NCBI GenBank assembly: GCA_035293965.1
Contig: DATGLW010000138.1
Span: 38,908-102,907, forward strand
Length of the DNA stretch: 64,000 nucleotides
Source: Acidimicrobiales bacterium
GTDB lineage: Bacteria; Actinomycetota; Acidimicrobiia; Acidimicrobiales; RAAP-2
Direction: 5' to 3'
The notes under the pieces are model-generated. The model saw only the letters and a program-made list of their open reading frames with translations, ran no database searches and was not told the origin of the DNA. Numbering within the stretch: the first letter of the stretch is position 1; each line of letters starts with the position of its first letter. Positions 27,378-37,905 of this stretch are shown one piece after another. The translations under genes and the position numbers were made by a program.

Positions 27378-28976
27378 ATGACCGACGACGCCAAGGCCAC
27401 GTCCGAACGCCGCACCGACTCCGGCATCGTGATCCGCCCCGTGTACCGGGCGGACGATCTGGCCGGCTGGGATCCGGCCACCTCCCTCGGGGAGCCCGGG
27501 GCCTACCCCTTCACGCGGGGCATCCACGCCGAGATGTACCGGCGGCGGCTGTGGACGATGCGCCAGTACGCCGGGTTCGGCACGGCCGAGGCCACCAACG
27601 AGCGGTTCAAGTTCCTTCTCGCCCACGGGCAGACCGGCCTGTCGTGCGCCTTCGACCTGCCCACCCAGATGGGCTACGACTCGGACCACCCTCGCGCCGA
27701 GGGCGAGGTGGGCAAGGTCGGCGTGGCAATCGACTCGCTCGCCGACATGCGGCTCCTGCTCGCGGACCTGCCGCTCGGCACGGTCACGACCTCGATGACG
27801 ATCAACGCCACCGCCGCGATCCTGCTGCTGCTCTACCAGCTCGTCGCCGAGGAGCAGGGCGTGCCCGGCGCGGAGATCCGGGGCACGATCCAGAACGACA
27901 TCTTGAAGGAGTACATCGCCCGGGGCACCTACATCTACCCGCCTCGGCCCTCGATGCGCCTCGTCGTCGACACCTTCGCCTACTGCGCCGAGCACCTGCC
28001 GAACTGGAACACGATCTCGATCTCGGGCTACCACATCCGCGAGGCCGGCGCGACCGCGGTGCAGGAGGTGGCCTTCACCCTCGCCGACGCCATCGCCTAC
28101 GTGGAGGCAGCCCTGGCCGCCGGCCAGAGCGTGGACGATTTCGCGCCCCGGCTCTCGTTCTTCTGGAACGCGCACAACAATTTCTTCGAGGAGGTGGCGA
28201 AGTTCCGAGCCGCGCGGCGGATGTGGGCCAGGATCATGACCGAGCGCTTCGGGGCGCGCGACGACCGCTCGAAGACGCTGCGGTTCCATACGCAGACCGG
28301 CGGGTCCACCCTGACGGCCCAGCAGCCCGAGAACAACATCGTGCGCACCACGCTCCAGGCGCTCGCGGCGGCGCTGGGGGGGACCCAGAGCCTCCACACC
28401 AACGGCTTCGACGAGGCGCTCGGCCTGCCGACCGAGCGGGCAGCCAAGATCGCCCTGCGCACCCAGCAGATCATCGGCTACGAGTCGGGCATCGCGGACA
28501 CCGTCGACCCCCTCGCCGGCTCGTACTTCGTCGAGTCGCTCACCGACGAGGTGGAGCGTGGCGCGCAGGCCTACCTCGACCGCATCGACGAGCTCGGCGG
28601 GGCGGTCGCCGCGATCGAGGCTCGGTTCATGCAGGGCGAGATCGAAGACGCCGCCTACGCCTACGCTCGGGCTGTCGACGAGGGCCGCAAGGTCGTGGTC
28701 GGCGTCAACCGGTTCGTCGACGAGGAAAAGGAGCCGGCCGAGGTGTTCCCCATCGACGTCGAGCTGCAAAAGAGCCAGGTTGCCCGCACAGCCCGGGTTC
28801 GTGCCGAGCGCGACCAGGCAGCGGTGGACGCCGCGCTCGCCGACGTCCGTGCCGCCGCCCGGGGCACGCAGAACCTCCTCGTGCCGATGAAGGTCGCCCT
28901 GTCGCGGATGGCCACCCTGGGCGAGGTGTCCGACGTCCTGCGCGACGAGTTCGGCGTCTACCGGCCGGGGGGCTGA
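27378..28976 (+). CDS. methylmalonyl-CoA mutase, catalytic (large) subunit without a B12-binding domain
   Basis: Contains [16 protein letters not shown] and [18 protein letters not shown] (Tyr/Arg substrate-specificity residues of the MCM type). The 532-aa product ends before any DxHxxG domain. Confidence 0.88.
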   Translation: MTDDAKATSERRTDSGIVIRPVYRADDLAGWDPATSLGEPGAYPFTRGIHAEMYRRRLWTMRQYAGFGTAEATNERFKFLLAHGQTGLSCAFDLPTQMGYDSDHPRAEGEVGKVGVAIDSLADMRLLLADLPLGTVTTSMTINATAAILLLLYQLVAEEQGVPGAEIRGTIQNDILKEYIARGTYIYPPRPSMRLVVDTFAYCAEHLPNWNTISISGYHIREAGATAVQEVAFTLADAIAYVEAALAAGQSVDDFAPRLSFFWNAHNNFFEEVAKFRAARRMWARIMTERFGARDDRSKTLRFHTQTGGSTLTAQQPENNIVRTTLQALAAALGGTQSLHTNGFDEALGLPTERAAKIALRTQQIIGYESGIADTVDPLAGSYFVESLTDEVERGAQAYLDRIDELGGAVAAIEARFMQGEIEDAAYAYARAVDEGRKVVVGVNRFVDEEKEPAEVFPIDVELQKSQVARTARVRAERDQAAVDAALADVRAAARGTQNLLVPMKVALSRMATLGEVSDVLRDEFGVYRPGG

Positions 28977-29027
28977 CCGCGCGACCGGCCGGGAAGCTGA
29001 CCCGCTACCGGCGGGGCCGACAGAGCC

Positions 29028-29150
29028 GGGGCGCCTGCACCTCGGGGGATGGGTCAGCCAGCCGGGGGGCCGCCGGGTGCGGCCCGGGCGCCTGCACCCC
29101 GGGGGGTGGGTCAGCCAGCCGGTGGGCCGCCGGGTGCGGCCCGGGCGAGC
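29028..29150. repeat. tandem repeat, 57-58-bp unit x2.1
   Basis: gggcgcctgcacc...gggtcagccagccgg...gccgccgggtgcggccc starts at 29028 and 29086. The second copy contains the stop codon and C-terminus of the M20 gene. Confidence 0.8.
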
Positions 29151-30355
29151 AGGCGGTCCCGGAGGGCCGGATCGGTGGCCGCGTCGATCGCCGTCCATGC
29201 CAGGGCGAGGGCGCCGTCGCGTACCACGGCGTCGGCTGACGCGGTCGTGCACGCGGCGGCGAACGCCCGCTGGTGGTTGACCGCGCCGTGGGCGTCGATC
29301 GCCATGAAGGGGTGGATGGCGGGCACTGCCAGCGACACGTTGGCCATGTCGGTGGACAGGGTCGGCAGGGGGGCGCCCTCGTCGTCGAGGTCGAAGCGGC
29401 GGCCCAGGGACTCGGCGTTGGCGCGGTAGGCGGCGAGGAGGCCGGGATCGCTCGCCATCTGCGAGTACACGGGCCCGACGGGCTCGACGTCGACGCTGGC
29501 GCCGGTGGCGAGGGCTCCGGCCTCGAAGCAACGGCGCACCCGCGCCTCGAGCACGTCGAGGGCCGCGAGGCTCGGCGCACGGCACATGTAGCGTGCGGTG
29601 GCGCTGGCCGGGATGACATTGGCGGCCGCGCCGCCCTCGAGGACCACGCCGTGGACCTGGTCGCCGGGAGCCAGCTGCTGGCGCAGCAGGCCGATGGCCA
29701 CCTGCGACACGGTCAGCGCGTCGCCGGCGTTGACGCCTTCCCATGGCGCCGCCGAGGCGTGGGCCTCCTTGCCGTGGAACCGCACGTCGAAGTGCGAGAC
29801 GGCCAGGCACCGCGCCTCGAGGCGTTCGGTCGGCCACGGGTGCACCATCATCGCCGCATGCACGCCGTCGAACACGCCTCGCTCGAGGAGCAGGACCTTG
29901 CCCCCGCCGCCCTCCTCGGCGGGGGTGCCCACCACGAGCACGGTCATGCCGAGCTCGTCGGCCGCCGGGGCCAGGGCGGCACCCGCGCCCACGGCGGCGG
30001 CCGCAATGATGTTGTGCCCACACGCGTGCCCGACCTCGGGGAGGGCGTCGTACTCGGCGCAGAACGCCACCACGAGGGGCCCCGACCCGGCGCGAGCAAC
30101 GAAGGCCGTCGGCAGGCCGCCCGCGCCGCGAGCCACCTCGAGGCCGGCGTCCTCGAGCGCGGCGGCGGTCCACTCGGACGAGCGGGTCTCCTCGAAGCAG
30201 GTCTCGGGGTGGGCGTGGATCGAGTGGCTGAGGGTGACCAGGTCGTCGAGGGATGCGAGCACGCGGTCGCGGGCGGCGGCCTTCGCCGCCCGGGCGCGAC
30301 GGCCCCCGGGCACGGCCGTCGGCCCGGCTCCCGCGTCGGTCACGGCCGCCGTCAC
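29111..30355 (-). CDS. M20 family amidohydrolase / metallopeptidase
   Basis: Contains IHAHPETCFEE, EYDALPEVGHACGHN, GTPAEEGGGGK and GKEAHASAAPWEG. Confidence 0.85.
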   Translation of the reverse strand: MTAAVTDAGAGPTAVPGGRRARAAKAAARDRVLASLDDLVTLSHSIHAHPETCFEETRSSEWTAAALEDAGLEVARGAGGLPTAFVARAGSGPLVVAFCAEYDALPEVGHACGHNIIAAAAVGAGAALAPAADELGMTVLVVGTPAEEGGGGKVLLLERGVFDGVHAAMMVHPWPTERLEARCLAVSHFDVRFHGKEAHASAAPWEGVNAGDALTVSQVAIGLLRQQLAPGDQVHGVVLEGGAAANVIPASATARYMCRAPSLAALDVLEARVRRCFEAGALATGASVDVEPVGPVYSQMASDPGLLAAYRANAESLGRRFDLDDEGAPLPTLSTDMANVSLAVPAIHPFMAIDAHGAVNHQRAFAAACTTASADAVVRDGALALAWTAIDAATDPALRDRLLARAAPGGPPAG

Positions 30356-30359
30356 CGCC

Positions 30360-32126
<1,767 letters not shown>

Positions 32127-32263
32127 AGCGCGCCTTTCCGCTCGACCTTGCCCGTTCGACCGGGCTCCATTCGCTCCGACCCGGCTACCTCCGACCGTGG
32201 CCGGGTCGGGACCCGCTCGACCCCGGACCCGTCCGGCCCGGCCACTCAGACTTGCACGCCGAG

Positions 32264-32269
32264 TAGCGT
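32264..32269 (+). promoter_or_regulatory. -10-like hexamer TAGCGT, 7 nt before the ATG (leaderless-type)
   Basis: The sequence reads gagTAGCGTgtccgccATG, upstream of birA. Confidence 0.4.
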
Positions 32270-32276
32270 GTCCGCC

Positions 32277-33047
32277 ATGTCCGTTCCCCTCGGGGACGTC
32301 CGCCTGTTCGGCTCGCTCGACTCGACCAACCGCTACCTCTTGGCCGAGGCGGAGGGCCTGCCCGACGGGCTCGTGGTGGTGGCGGACCACCAGCGTGCAG
32401 GCCGGGGCAGGCTGGGCCGGACCTGGGAGTCGCCGCCGGGCTCGTCCCTGCTCGCCTCGGTGCTCCTGCGCCCGGCGCTGGCGCCCACCGAGCTGCACCT
32501 GTGCTCGCTGGCGGTGGCCCTCGCCGCCTGCCGGGCGTGCGAGGTGGCGGCGGGGGTCGAGCCGTGGCTCAAGTGGCCCAACGACCTCGTCGTGGCCGAT
32601 CGCAAGCTCGCCGGCGTGCTGGCCGAGTCCGTGCCCGGGGTGCAGGGCGCCGAGCCGGCCCTGCCGACGGTGGTGGTCGGGGTGGGCATCAACGTGGACT
32701 GGCCCGGTCCCCAGGGCGCCGGGGGGGCCTGCCTGCGCGAGCTCGCCGGCCGGGCTGTCGACCGGCTCGGCCTCCTGTTCGCCCTGCTCGCCTCCCTGGC
32801 CCCGCTGCGGGCGGACCTCGACCGGCCCGGGGGTCGGGCAGCCCTGGTCGCGGCCGGCCGGGCGCGTTGCGCCACCCTCGGCCGCCTCGTCGTGGTCGAC
32901 ACCGGTGCGGGCATGGTCGAGGGCAGAGCCGTGGACCTCACCGACGAGGGGCACCTCGTCGTGGCGACACCTGCTGGTCACCGGGAGGTGGCTGCGGGCG
33001 ACGTGGTGCACGTCAGGCCGGGGCGCACGTCGCCGCAAGGGGGGTGA
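32277..33047 (+). CDS. birA: biotin--[acetyl-CoA-carboxylase] ligase
   Basis: Contains STNRYL, the [11 protein letters not shown] motif and KWPNDL. It is divergent from the biotin carboxylase gene. Confidence 0.88.
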   Translation: MSVPLGDVRLFGSLDSTNRYLLAEAEGLPDGLVVVADHQRAGRGRLGRTWESPPGSSLLASVLLRPALAPTELHLCSLAVALAACRACEVAAGVEPWLKWPNDLVVADRKLAGVLAESVPGVQGAEPALPTVVVGVGINVDWPGPQGAGGACLRELAGRAVDRLGLLFALLASLAPLRADLDRPGGRAALVAAGRARCATLGRLVVVDTGAGMVEGRAVDLTDEGHLVVATPAGHREVAAGDVVHVRPGRTSPQGG

Positions 33048-33099
33048 CGCAACCGGCTGGCGCCCTTGGGGCAGGATGTGAGGATCGACGGGTAAGGGA

Positions 33100-34374
33100 A
33101 TGGTCACAACGGTGAGGGACCGATCCAGGCGGAACCGACGAGGATCCCGGCGGCACCGGCGAGGGCCCGGGCGGGGGTGGAAGCTGCTCGTCGCCGTGGC
33201 GCTCGCCGTCTTCGGCGGGGTGGCGGCCCTCGTGCTCGTCGCACTCCCCACCCATGCCGGGCAGTCGGGGCCCTCGCCCCGCCAGATCCGCCACGAGCTG
33301 GCGGCCGCCGTCACGACCAGCCCGGGCGACGGCGCCACGTCGGTGCCGCTCGACTCGCCGATCTCCGTGTACACGAGCCTGGGCCGCCTCCGCTCGGTGG
33401 TGGTCACCGACGGCGCGGGACAGCCCGTCTCGGGCACCCTCGACCCCTCGGACACCACCTGGACCGCCACCCAGCCGCTGGCGGCGGGCACGACGTACCG
33501 CGTCGACGCCACGGTCGCCGGGCGATCCAGGGTGGCGGCGACCACCGTCGCCAGCTTCACCACGGTCACCCCCTCGGCATGGGTGCACGCCACCTTGTGG
33601 CCCGACAGTGGGCTCAGCGTCGGCGTGGGCCAGCCGATCGTGCTCACCTTCGACCACCCGGTCACCGATCCCGCCGCCCGCGCCGCCGTGCTGTCGCATC
33701 TGCACCTGTCGATGTCGTCGCCGGTGGCCGTCGGCGCCTACTGGTTCTCGAGCACCGAGCTGCACCTGCGGCCCGAGAGCCTGTGGCCGTCGGGCGAGCA
33801 GATCTCGTTGTCGGACTCCCTCGACGGTTGGGACGCCGGCGGCGGCAATTGGGGGCAGGGATCGGACCAGGTGACCTTCTCCATCGGCGACGCCAGGATC
33901 TCGACCGCCAACCTGATCACCCACCAGATGACGGTCACCGACAACGGCAAGGTCGTCGCCACCTACCCGCTCAGCGGCGGCAGCGACCAGTACCCGACCA
34001 TGGGTGGGGTGCACATCGTGATGGACCGCGAGACCCAGGTCCGCATGGTGTCCTCGACCGTCGGCATCCCGGTCGACTCGCCTGGCGGCTATGACGAGAT
34101 CGTCTACTGGGACGTGCACATCTCCGACAGCGGGGAGTACGTGCATGCCGCTCCCTGGTCGGTGGCAGACCAGGGGAACACGAACGTGTCCCACGGCTGC
34201 ATCAACCTGAGCCCGGCCGACGCCCAGCAGTTCTACGGGTTCAGCCGGGTGGGCGACATCGTCGACGTGGTGGGGAGCCCGCGCCCGCCTGCGCCCGGCG
34301 ACCACGGGGTGATGGACTGGTCCACCCCGTGGTCGTCGTTCACGCCGATCCCGGTGACGCCGCTGCCCGCCTGA
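33100..34374 (+). CDS. L,D-transpeptidase (LdtMt2-like)
   Basis: N-terminal TM anchor, Ig-like domains, and a YkuD catalytic domain with SHGCINL. Confidence 0.85.
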   Translation: MVTTVRDRSRRNRRGSRRHRRGPGRGWKLLVAVALAVFGGVAALVLVALPTHAGQSGPSPRQIRHELAAAVTTSPGDGATSVPLDSPISVYTSLGRLRSVVVTDGAGQPVSGTLDPSDTTWTATQPLAAGTTYRVDATVAGRSRVAATTVASFTTVTPSAWVHATLWPDSGLSVGVGQPIVLTFDHPVTDPAARAAVLSHLHLSMSSPVAVGAYWFSSTELHLRPESLWPSGEQISLSDSLDGWDAGGGNWGQGSDQVTFSIGDARISTANLITHQMTVTDNGKVVATYPLSGGSDQYPTMGGVHIVMDRETQVRMVSSTVGIPVDSPGGYDEIVYWDVHISDSGEYVHAAPWSVADQGNTNVSHGCINLSPADAQQFYGFSRVGDIVDVVGSPRPPAPGDHGVMDWSTPWSSFTPIPVTPLPA

Positions 34375-34385
34375 GCGCCGCCTCC

Positions 34386-34462
34386 CAGCGGCCCCGCCGC
34401 CCCGCAGCGGCCCCGCCGGCCCCGCAGCGGCCCCGCCGCCCTCGCAGCGGCCCCGCCGGCCC
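34386..34462. repeat. tandem repeat, 19-20-bp unit x4
   Basis: cagcggccccgccg(c/g)cc... starts at 34386, 34405, 34425 and 34445. It lies just downstream of the transpeptidase stop codon. Confidence 0.8.
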
Positions 34463-34496
34463 GCTGTCGGCTCCAGGCCGGCCCTCGGGCATCATC

Positions 34497-34502
34497 TAGT
34501 GT
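34497..34502 (+). promoter_or_regulatory. -10-like hexamer TAGTGT, 8 nt before the GTG (leaderless-type)
   Basis: The sequence reads catcTAGTGTgaacgcccGTG, upstream of rmlB. Confidence 0.4.
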
Positions 34503-34510
34503 GAACGCCC

Positions 34511-35518
34511 GTGCGGCTCCTCGTGACTGGCGGAGCAGGGTTCATCGGCTCCAACTTCGTCCGCTACTGGGTGGCCGAGCACCCTGGTGACCAGGTGGTC
34601 GTGCTCGACGCGCTGACCTATGCCGGCAACCGGCTCAACCTGGCCGGCCTCGAGCCGCCTGTCACCTTCGTCCACGGCGACATCTGCGACGGGCCCCTCG
34701 TCGCCCGCACCCTTGCCGACCACGGCATCGACACCATCGTCCACTTCGCGGCCGAGTCCCACAACAGCCTGGCCGTGCTCGACCCCGGCCGCTTCTTCCG
34801 GACCAACGTCGTCGGGACCCAGACGTTGCTCGAGGCGGCGCGCCATGCGGGCGTCGGGCGGTTCCACCACATCTCGACCTGCGAGGTCTACGGTGACCTG
34901 GCGCTCGACAGCGACGAGCGCTTCACCGAGTCGAGCCCCTACCGCCCGCGCACGCCCTACAACGCGTCGAAGGCGGGTGCGGACCACGCCGTGCGGGCCT
35001 ACGCGGAGACCTTCGGGCTGCCGGTGACCATCACCAACTGCTGCAACAACTACGGCCCGTACCAGTTCCCCGAGAAGGTGGTGCCGCTGTTCACCACCCA
35101 CGCGCTGGACGGCCTCCCCCTGCCGCTGTACGCGTCGACGCAGAACCGCCGCGAGTGGCTTCACGTGGTGGACCACTGCCGGGCGGTGGAGGCGGTGCTC
35201 GAACGGGGGCGGGTGGGCGAGACGTACCACGTCGGCAGCGGGGTCGAGGCGAGCGTCGAGCAGATCGCCGACCTCGTGCTCGACCTGCTCGGCAAGCCGC
35301 CGTCGCTCAAGCAGCTCGTGCCCGACCGTCCGGGCCACGATCGCCGGTACCTGCTCGACTCCTCCAAGATCGAGCGCGAGCTCGGGTGGCGCCCGCAGAT
35401 CTCCTTCGTGGCCGGGCTGGAGGAGACCGTGCGGTGGTACGAGGCGAACCGAGCGTGGTGGGAGCCCCTCGCGAGGCGGGCCCCGGTGGCCGAGGCTGCC
35501 TGGGCGACGACGCCCTAG
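34511..35518 (+). CDS. rmlB: dTDP-glucose 4,6-dehydratase
   Basis: Contains TGGAGFIGSNF, YNASKAG, NCCNNYGPYQFPEK and DRPGHDRRY. Confidence 0.93.
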   Translation: MRLLVTGGAGFIGSNFVRYWVAEHPGDQVVVLDALTYAGNRLNLAGLEPPVTFVHGDICDGPLVARTLADHGIDTIVHFAAESHNSLAVLDPGRFFRTNVVGTQTLLEAARHAGVGRFHHISTCEVYGDLALDSDERFTESSPYRPRTPYNASKAGADHAVRAYAETFGLPVTITNCCNNYGPYQFPEKVVPLFTTHALDGLPLPLYASTQNRREWLHVVDHCRAVEAVLERGRVGETYHVGSGVEASVEQIADLVLDLLGKPPSLKQLVPDRPGHDRRYLLDSSKIERELGWRPQISFVAGLEETVRWYEANRAWWEPLARRAPVAEAAWATTP

Positions 35519-35525
35519 CGCGGGC

Positions 35526-36437
35526 GTGAGGGTCCTCGTTACCGGTGCAGGGGGCCAGCTCGGCCGCGATCTGGTGGCCGCGCTCGGCGGCTCGGTGCCC
35601 GAGGGGGGACGTCGCCGCGCGCTGCGCGGTCCGGGGGCCCCGCTCGTGCCGAGCGGTCTCGACGTGGTGGCTGCCGACCACGCCGCGCTGGCCGTGGACG
35701 ATCGCACGGCGGTGCTCGGCGCCCTCGACGCGCTGCGCCCGGCCGTCGTGGTCCACGCCGGGGCGTGGACGGACGTCGACGCGTGTGAGGCAGACCCGGA
35801 CCGGGCCTTTCGCGTCAACGCCATGGGGACGCGCCACGTGGCGGAGGCTGCCGCCCGCGTCGGCGCGCATCTCGTGTACGTGTCCACGGACTACGTCTTC
35901 GACGGCACCTCGCACCGGCCCTACGTGGAATGGGACCATCCGAACCCGCTGTCGGTGTACGGCCGCAGCAAGTACGGCGGCGAGCTGGAATGCCCCCCGG
36001 GGGCGACCGTCGTGCGCACCTCGTGGCTGTGCGGTGCCCACGGCGCGAACATGGTGAGGACCGCGCTCCGGCTGGCGGCGGCCCGCGGGCCGCTGCGCTT
36101 CGTCGACGACCAGCACGGGTCCCCCACGTTCACCGCCGACCTGGCGGCGGCGATCGTCACCCTGGCCACCGACCGACTGCCGGGCGTCTTCCATGTCACC
36201 AATGCCGGGGCCACCACGTGGTTCGGCTTCGTGAGGGCCGTGCTCGAGCTGGCCGGCCACGACCCGGGCCGGGTGGAGCCGATCGCCACCGCCGAGCTGC
36301 GCCCCCCACGCCCGGCACCCCGGCCGGCGAACTCCGTGCTCGACAACGCCGCCCTCCGCCTGGCGGGCATCCCACCCCTGCCTGACTGGCGTGACGGCCT
36401 CGAGCGCCTCGTCCGGGTGCTGGGTCCGAGGGCCTGA
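35526..36437 (+). CDS. rmlD: dTDP-4-dehydrorhamnose reductase
   Basis: Contains VLVTGAGGQLG, YVSTDYVFDG, YGRSKYGGE and FHVTNAG. Confidence 0.9.
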   Translation: MRVLVTGAGGQLGRDLVAALGGSVPEGGRRRALRGPGAPLVPSGLDVVAADHAALAVDDRTAVLGALDALRPAVVVHAGAWTDVDACEADPDRAFRVNAMGTRHVAEAAARVGAHLVYVSTDYVFDGTSHRPYVEWDHPNPLSVYGRSKYGGELECPPGATVVRTSWLCGAHGANMVRTALRLAAARGPLRFVDDQHGSPTFTADLAAAIVTLATDRLPGVFHVTNAGATTWFGFVRAVLELAGHDPGRVEPIATAELRPPRPAPRPANSVLDNAALRLAGIPPLPDWRDGLERLVRVLGPRA

Positions 36438-36440
36438 GCC

Positions 36441-37385
36441 GTGGGGGGCCGGGTGGGCGGCCGGGTGGCGGCGATCGTGGTCGACTACGACGCCGGGGAG
36501 GTGCTGGCCCGGTGCGTGTCGTCGTTGCTCGACGACGCCGAGGTGGCCGAGGTGGTGGTGGTCGCCAACGGGGACCCGGTCGCCACCACGACCGTACTGC
36601 GGAAGGCCGGCTTCGACGTGCCTGTCGTGGCGCCTGGGCGAAACCTCGGGTACGGGGGCGGTGCCAACCGGGGGGCGGCCGCAGCCGGGCCGTGCGAGCA
36701 CCTCCTCGTCTGCAACCCCGACATCGTGGCCCATCCCGGCGCCGTGGGCCGCCTGGCCCGGACCCTCGACGCGGAGCCCGCGTGGGCCATCGTCGGGCCC
36801 CGCATCCTCACCCCAGCGGGCGACCGGTACCCCTCCGTTCGACGGTTCCCGTCGATGACCGAGGCCGTGGGGCACGCCGTGCTCGGCTCGCTCGCGCCCG
36901 GCAACCGGTTCACGCGCCGGTACCGCAGCCCCGCCACCTCGCCGGAGCAGGCGGGGACGGCCGACTGGGTGTCGGGCGCCTGCTTCCTCGTCCGCCGGAC
37001 CGCCTTCGAGGCGCTGGGCGGCTTCGACGAGGCGTACTTCATGTTCGCCGAGGACATGGACCTGTGCTGGCGTGCCTGCCGTGCCGGCTGGGGGGTGGGC
37101 CACCAGCCGGAGGCGGTGGTGACCCACCTGCAGGGGGTCTCGACCCGCCGGCATCCCTACCGGATGCTCGTGGAGCACCACCGCTCCGCGCTGCGCTTCG
37201 CACTGCGCTCGACCGAGGGGTGGCGGCGGTCGGCCCTGCCGCTGGGCGCCGCGCTGCTCGGCGCCCGCCTGGTGGTGGCGGTGGCCGCCCAGGCGCTCCG
37301 GCGCGCAGGGCCCCGCGGGCCGCTGCCGCCAGCCGATGCAGTGACCCCCGACCCGGCACCGAGGTCTGGCCCCGGGCGCCGCTAG
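36441..37385 (+). CDS. glycosyltransferase family 2 (rhamnosyltransferase-like)
   Basis: Contains VVDYDAG, NLGYGGGAN, SGACFLVRR and FMFAEDMDLCWR. It follows rmlB-rmlD with 3-bp spacing. Confidence 0.85.
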   Translation: MGGRVGGRVAAIVVDYDAGEVLARCVSSLLDDAEVAEVVVVANGDPVATTTVLRKAGFDVPVVAPGRNLGYGGGANRGAAAAGPCEHLLVCNPDIVAHPGAVGRLARTLDAEPAWAIVGPRILTPAGDRYPSVRRFPSMTEAVGHAVLGSLAPGNRFTRRYRSPATSPEQAGTADWVSGACFLVRRTAFEALGGFDEAYFMFAEDMDLCWRACRAGWGVGHQPEAVVTHLQGVSTRRHPYRMLVEHHRSALRFALRSTEGWRRSALPLGAALLGARLVVAVAAQALRRAGPRGPLPPADAVTPDPAPRSGPGRR

Positions 37386-37393
37386 AGTCCCCT

Positions 37394-37658
37394 CGGGGTT
37401 GCGCGGGGGTCTGTGGTTGCAAGTCGACGCCAGTCGCAGGCGAAACGACCCACGTAAGGCAACAGATGGTTGCTGAGCATGGTGCGGCTTAGAGGTAAGT
37501 CCTGCCCACTGGGCCCCCGGTGGTCGGGGGGCGGTGGCGACGGGGGGATGCGGGCCACTGCGGGCGGTGCCGGACCGAGAGGTCGCCGCCGTCCGGCCCG
37601 CGAGCCCTGCCGCAGGCGGGTGTGGGGTCAAAGACCAGGTCAGCTCCGCGCAACCCCG
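37394..37658 (+). ncRNA. candidate structured non-coding RNA (family not identified; raiA-motif-like or 6S/Ms1-like are hypotheses)
   Basis: There is no credible ORF here, and GC content drops locally. A perfect 12-bp long-range helix pairs cggggttgcgcg (37394-37405) with cgcgcaaccccg (37647-37658). That helix encloses several nested hairpins at 37416-37463, 37514-37530, 37569-37597 and 37626-37636. The strand is inferred from GAAA and AAA loops. Confidence 0.5.
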
Positions 37659-37704
37659 ACTCCGTGCGCCCGGCGCGGCTCGGGAGGCTGACCCGGAGCC
37701 GACC

Positions 37705-37812
37705 AGCCCGACGACCCCAGCCCGACGCCCCCAGCCCGACGACCCCAGGCAGGCGGCGGTGCCCGGCCCGACGCCCCCAGCCCGACGAGCCCAGGCAGGC
37801 GGCGGTGCCCGG
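37705..37812. repeat. tandem repeat, 46-bp unit x2 plus a partial copy
   Basis: cccgacgcccccagcccgacga(c/g)cccaggcaggcggcggtgcccgg occurs at 37721-37766 and 37767-37812. Confidence 0.85.
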
Positions 37813-37905
37813 GCAGCGGGTGAGCTGGGTGGCGCGTCAGGTTCCGAACCGACCCACGACCGGTGCCGGGGCCGGGCTCCCGGTGACCGGTAGCATGGAC
37901 AGGCC

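Noticed and set aside
37466-37512. Resemblance of cagatggttgctgag...gcggcttagaggtaagtcctgcccac to RNase P RNA conserved segments (AGAUGAAUG..., CCGGCUUA, GAGGAAAGUCCGGGC)
   Set aside because: The segments are in the wrong order for RNase P. The element is too short at about 265 nt. The other universally conserved RNase P blocks, such as GGUAAGAGCGCACC, are absent. I treat this as a chance similarity inside an unidentified RNA candidate.
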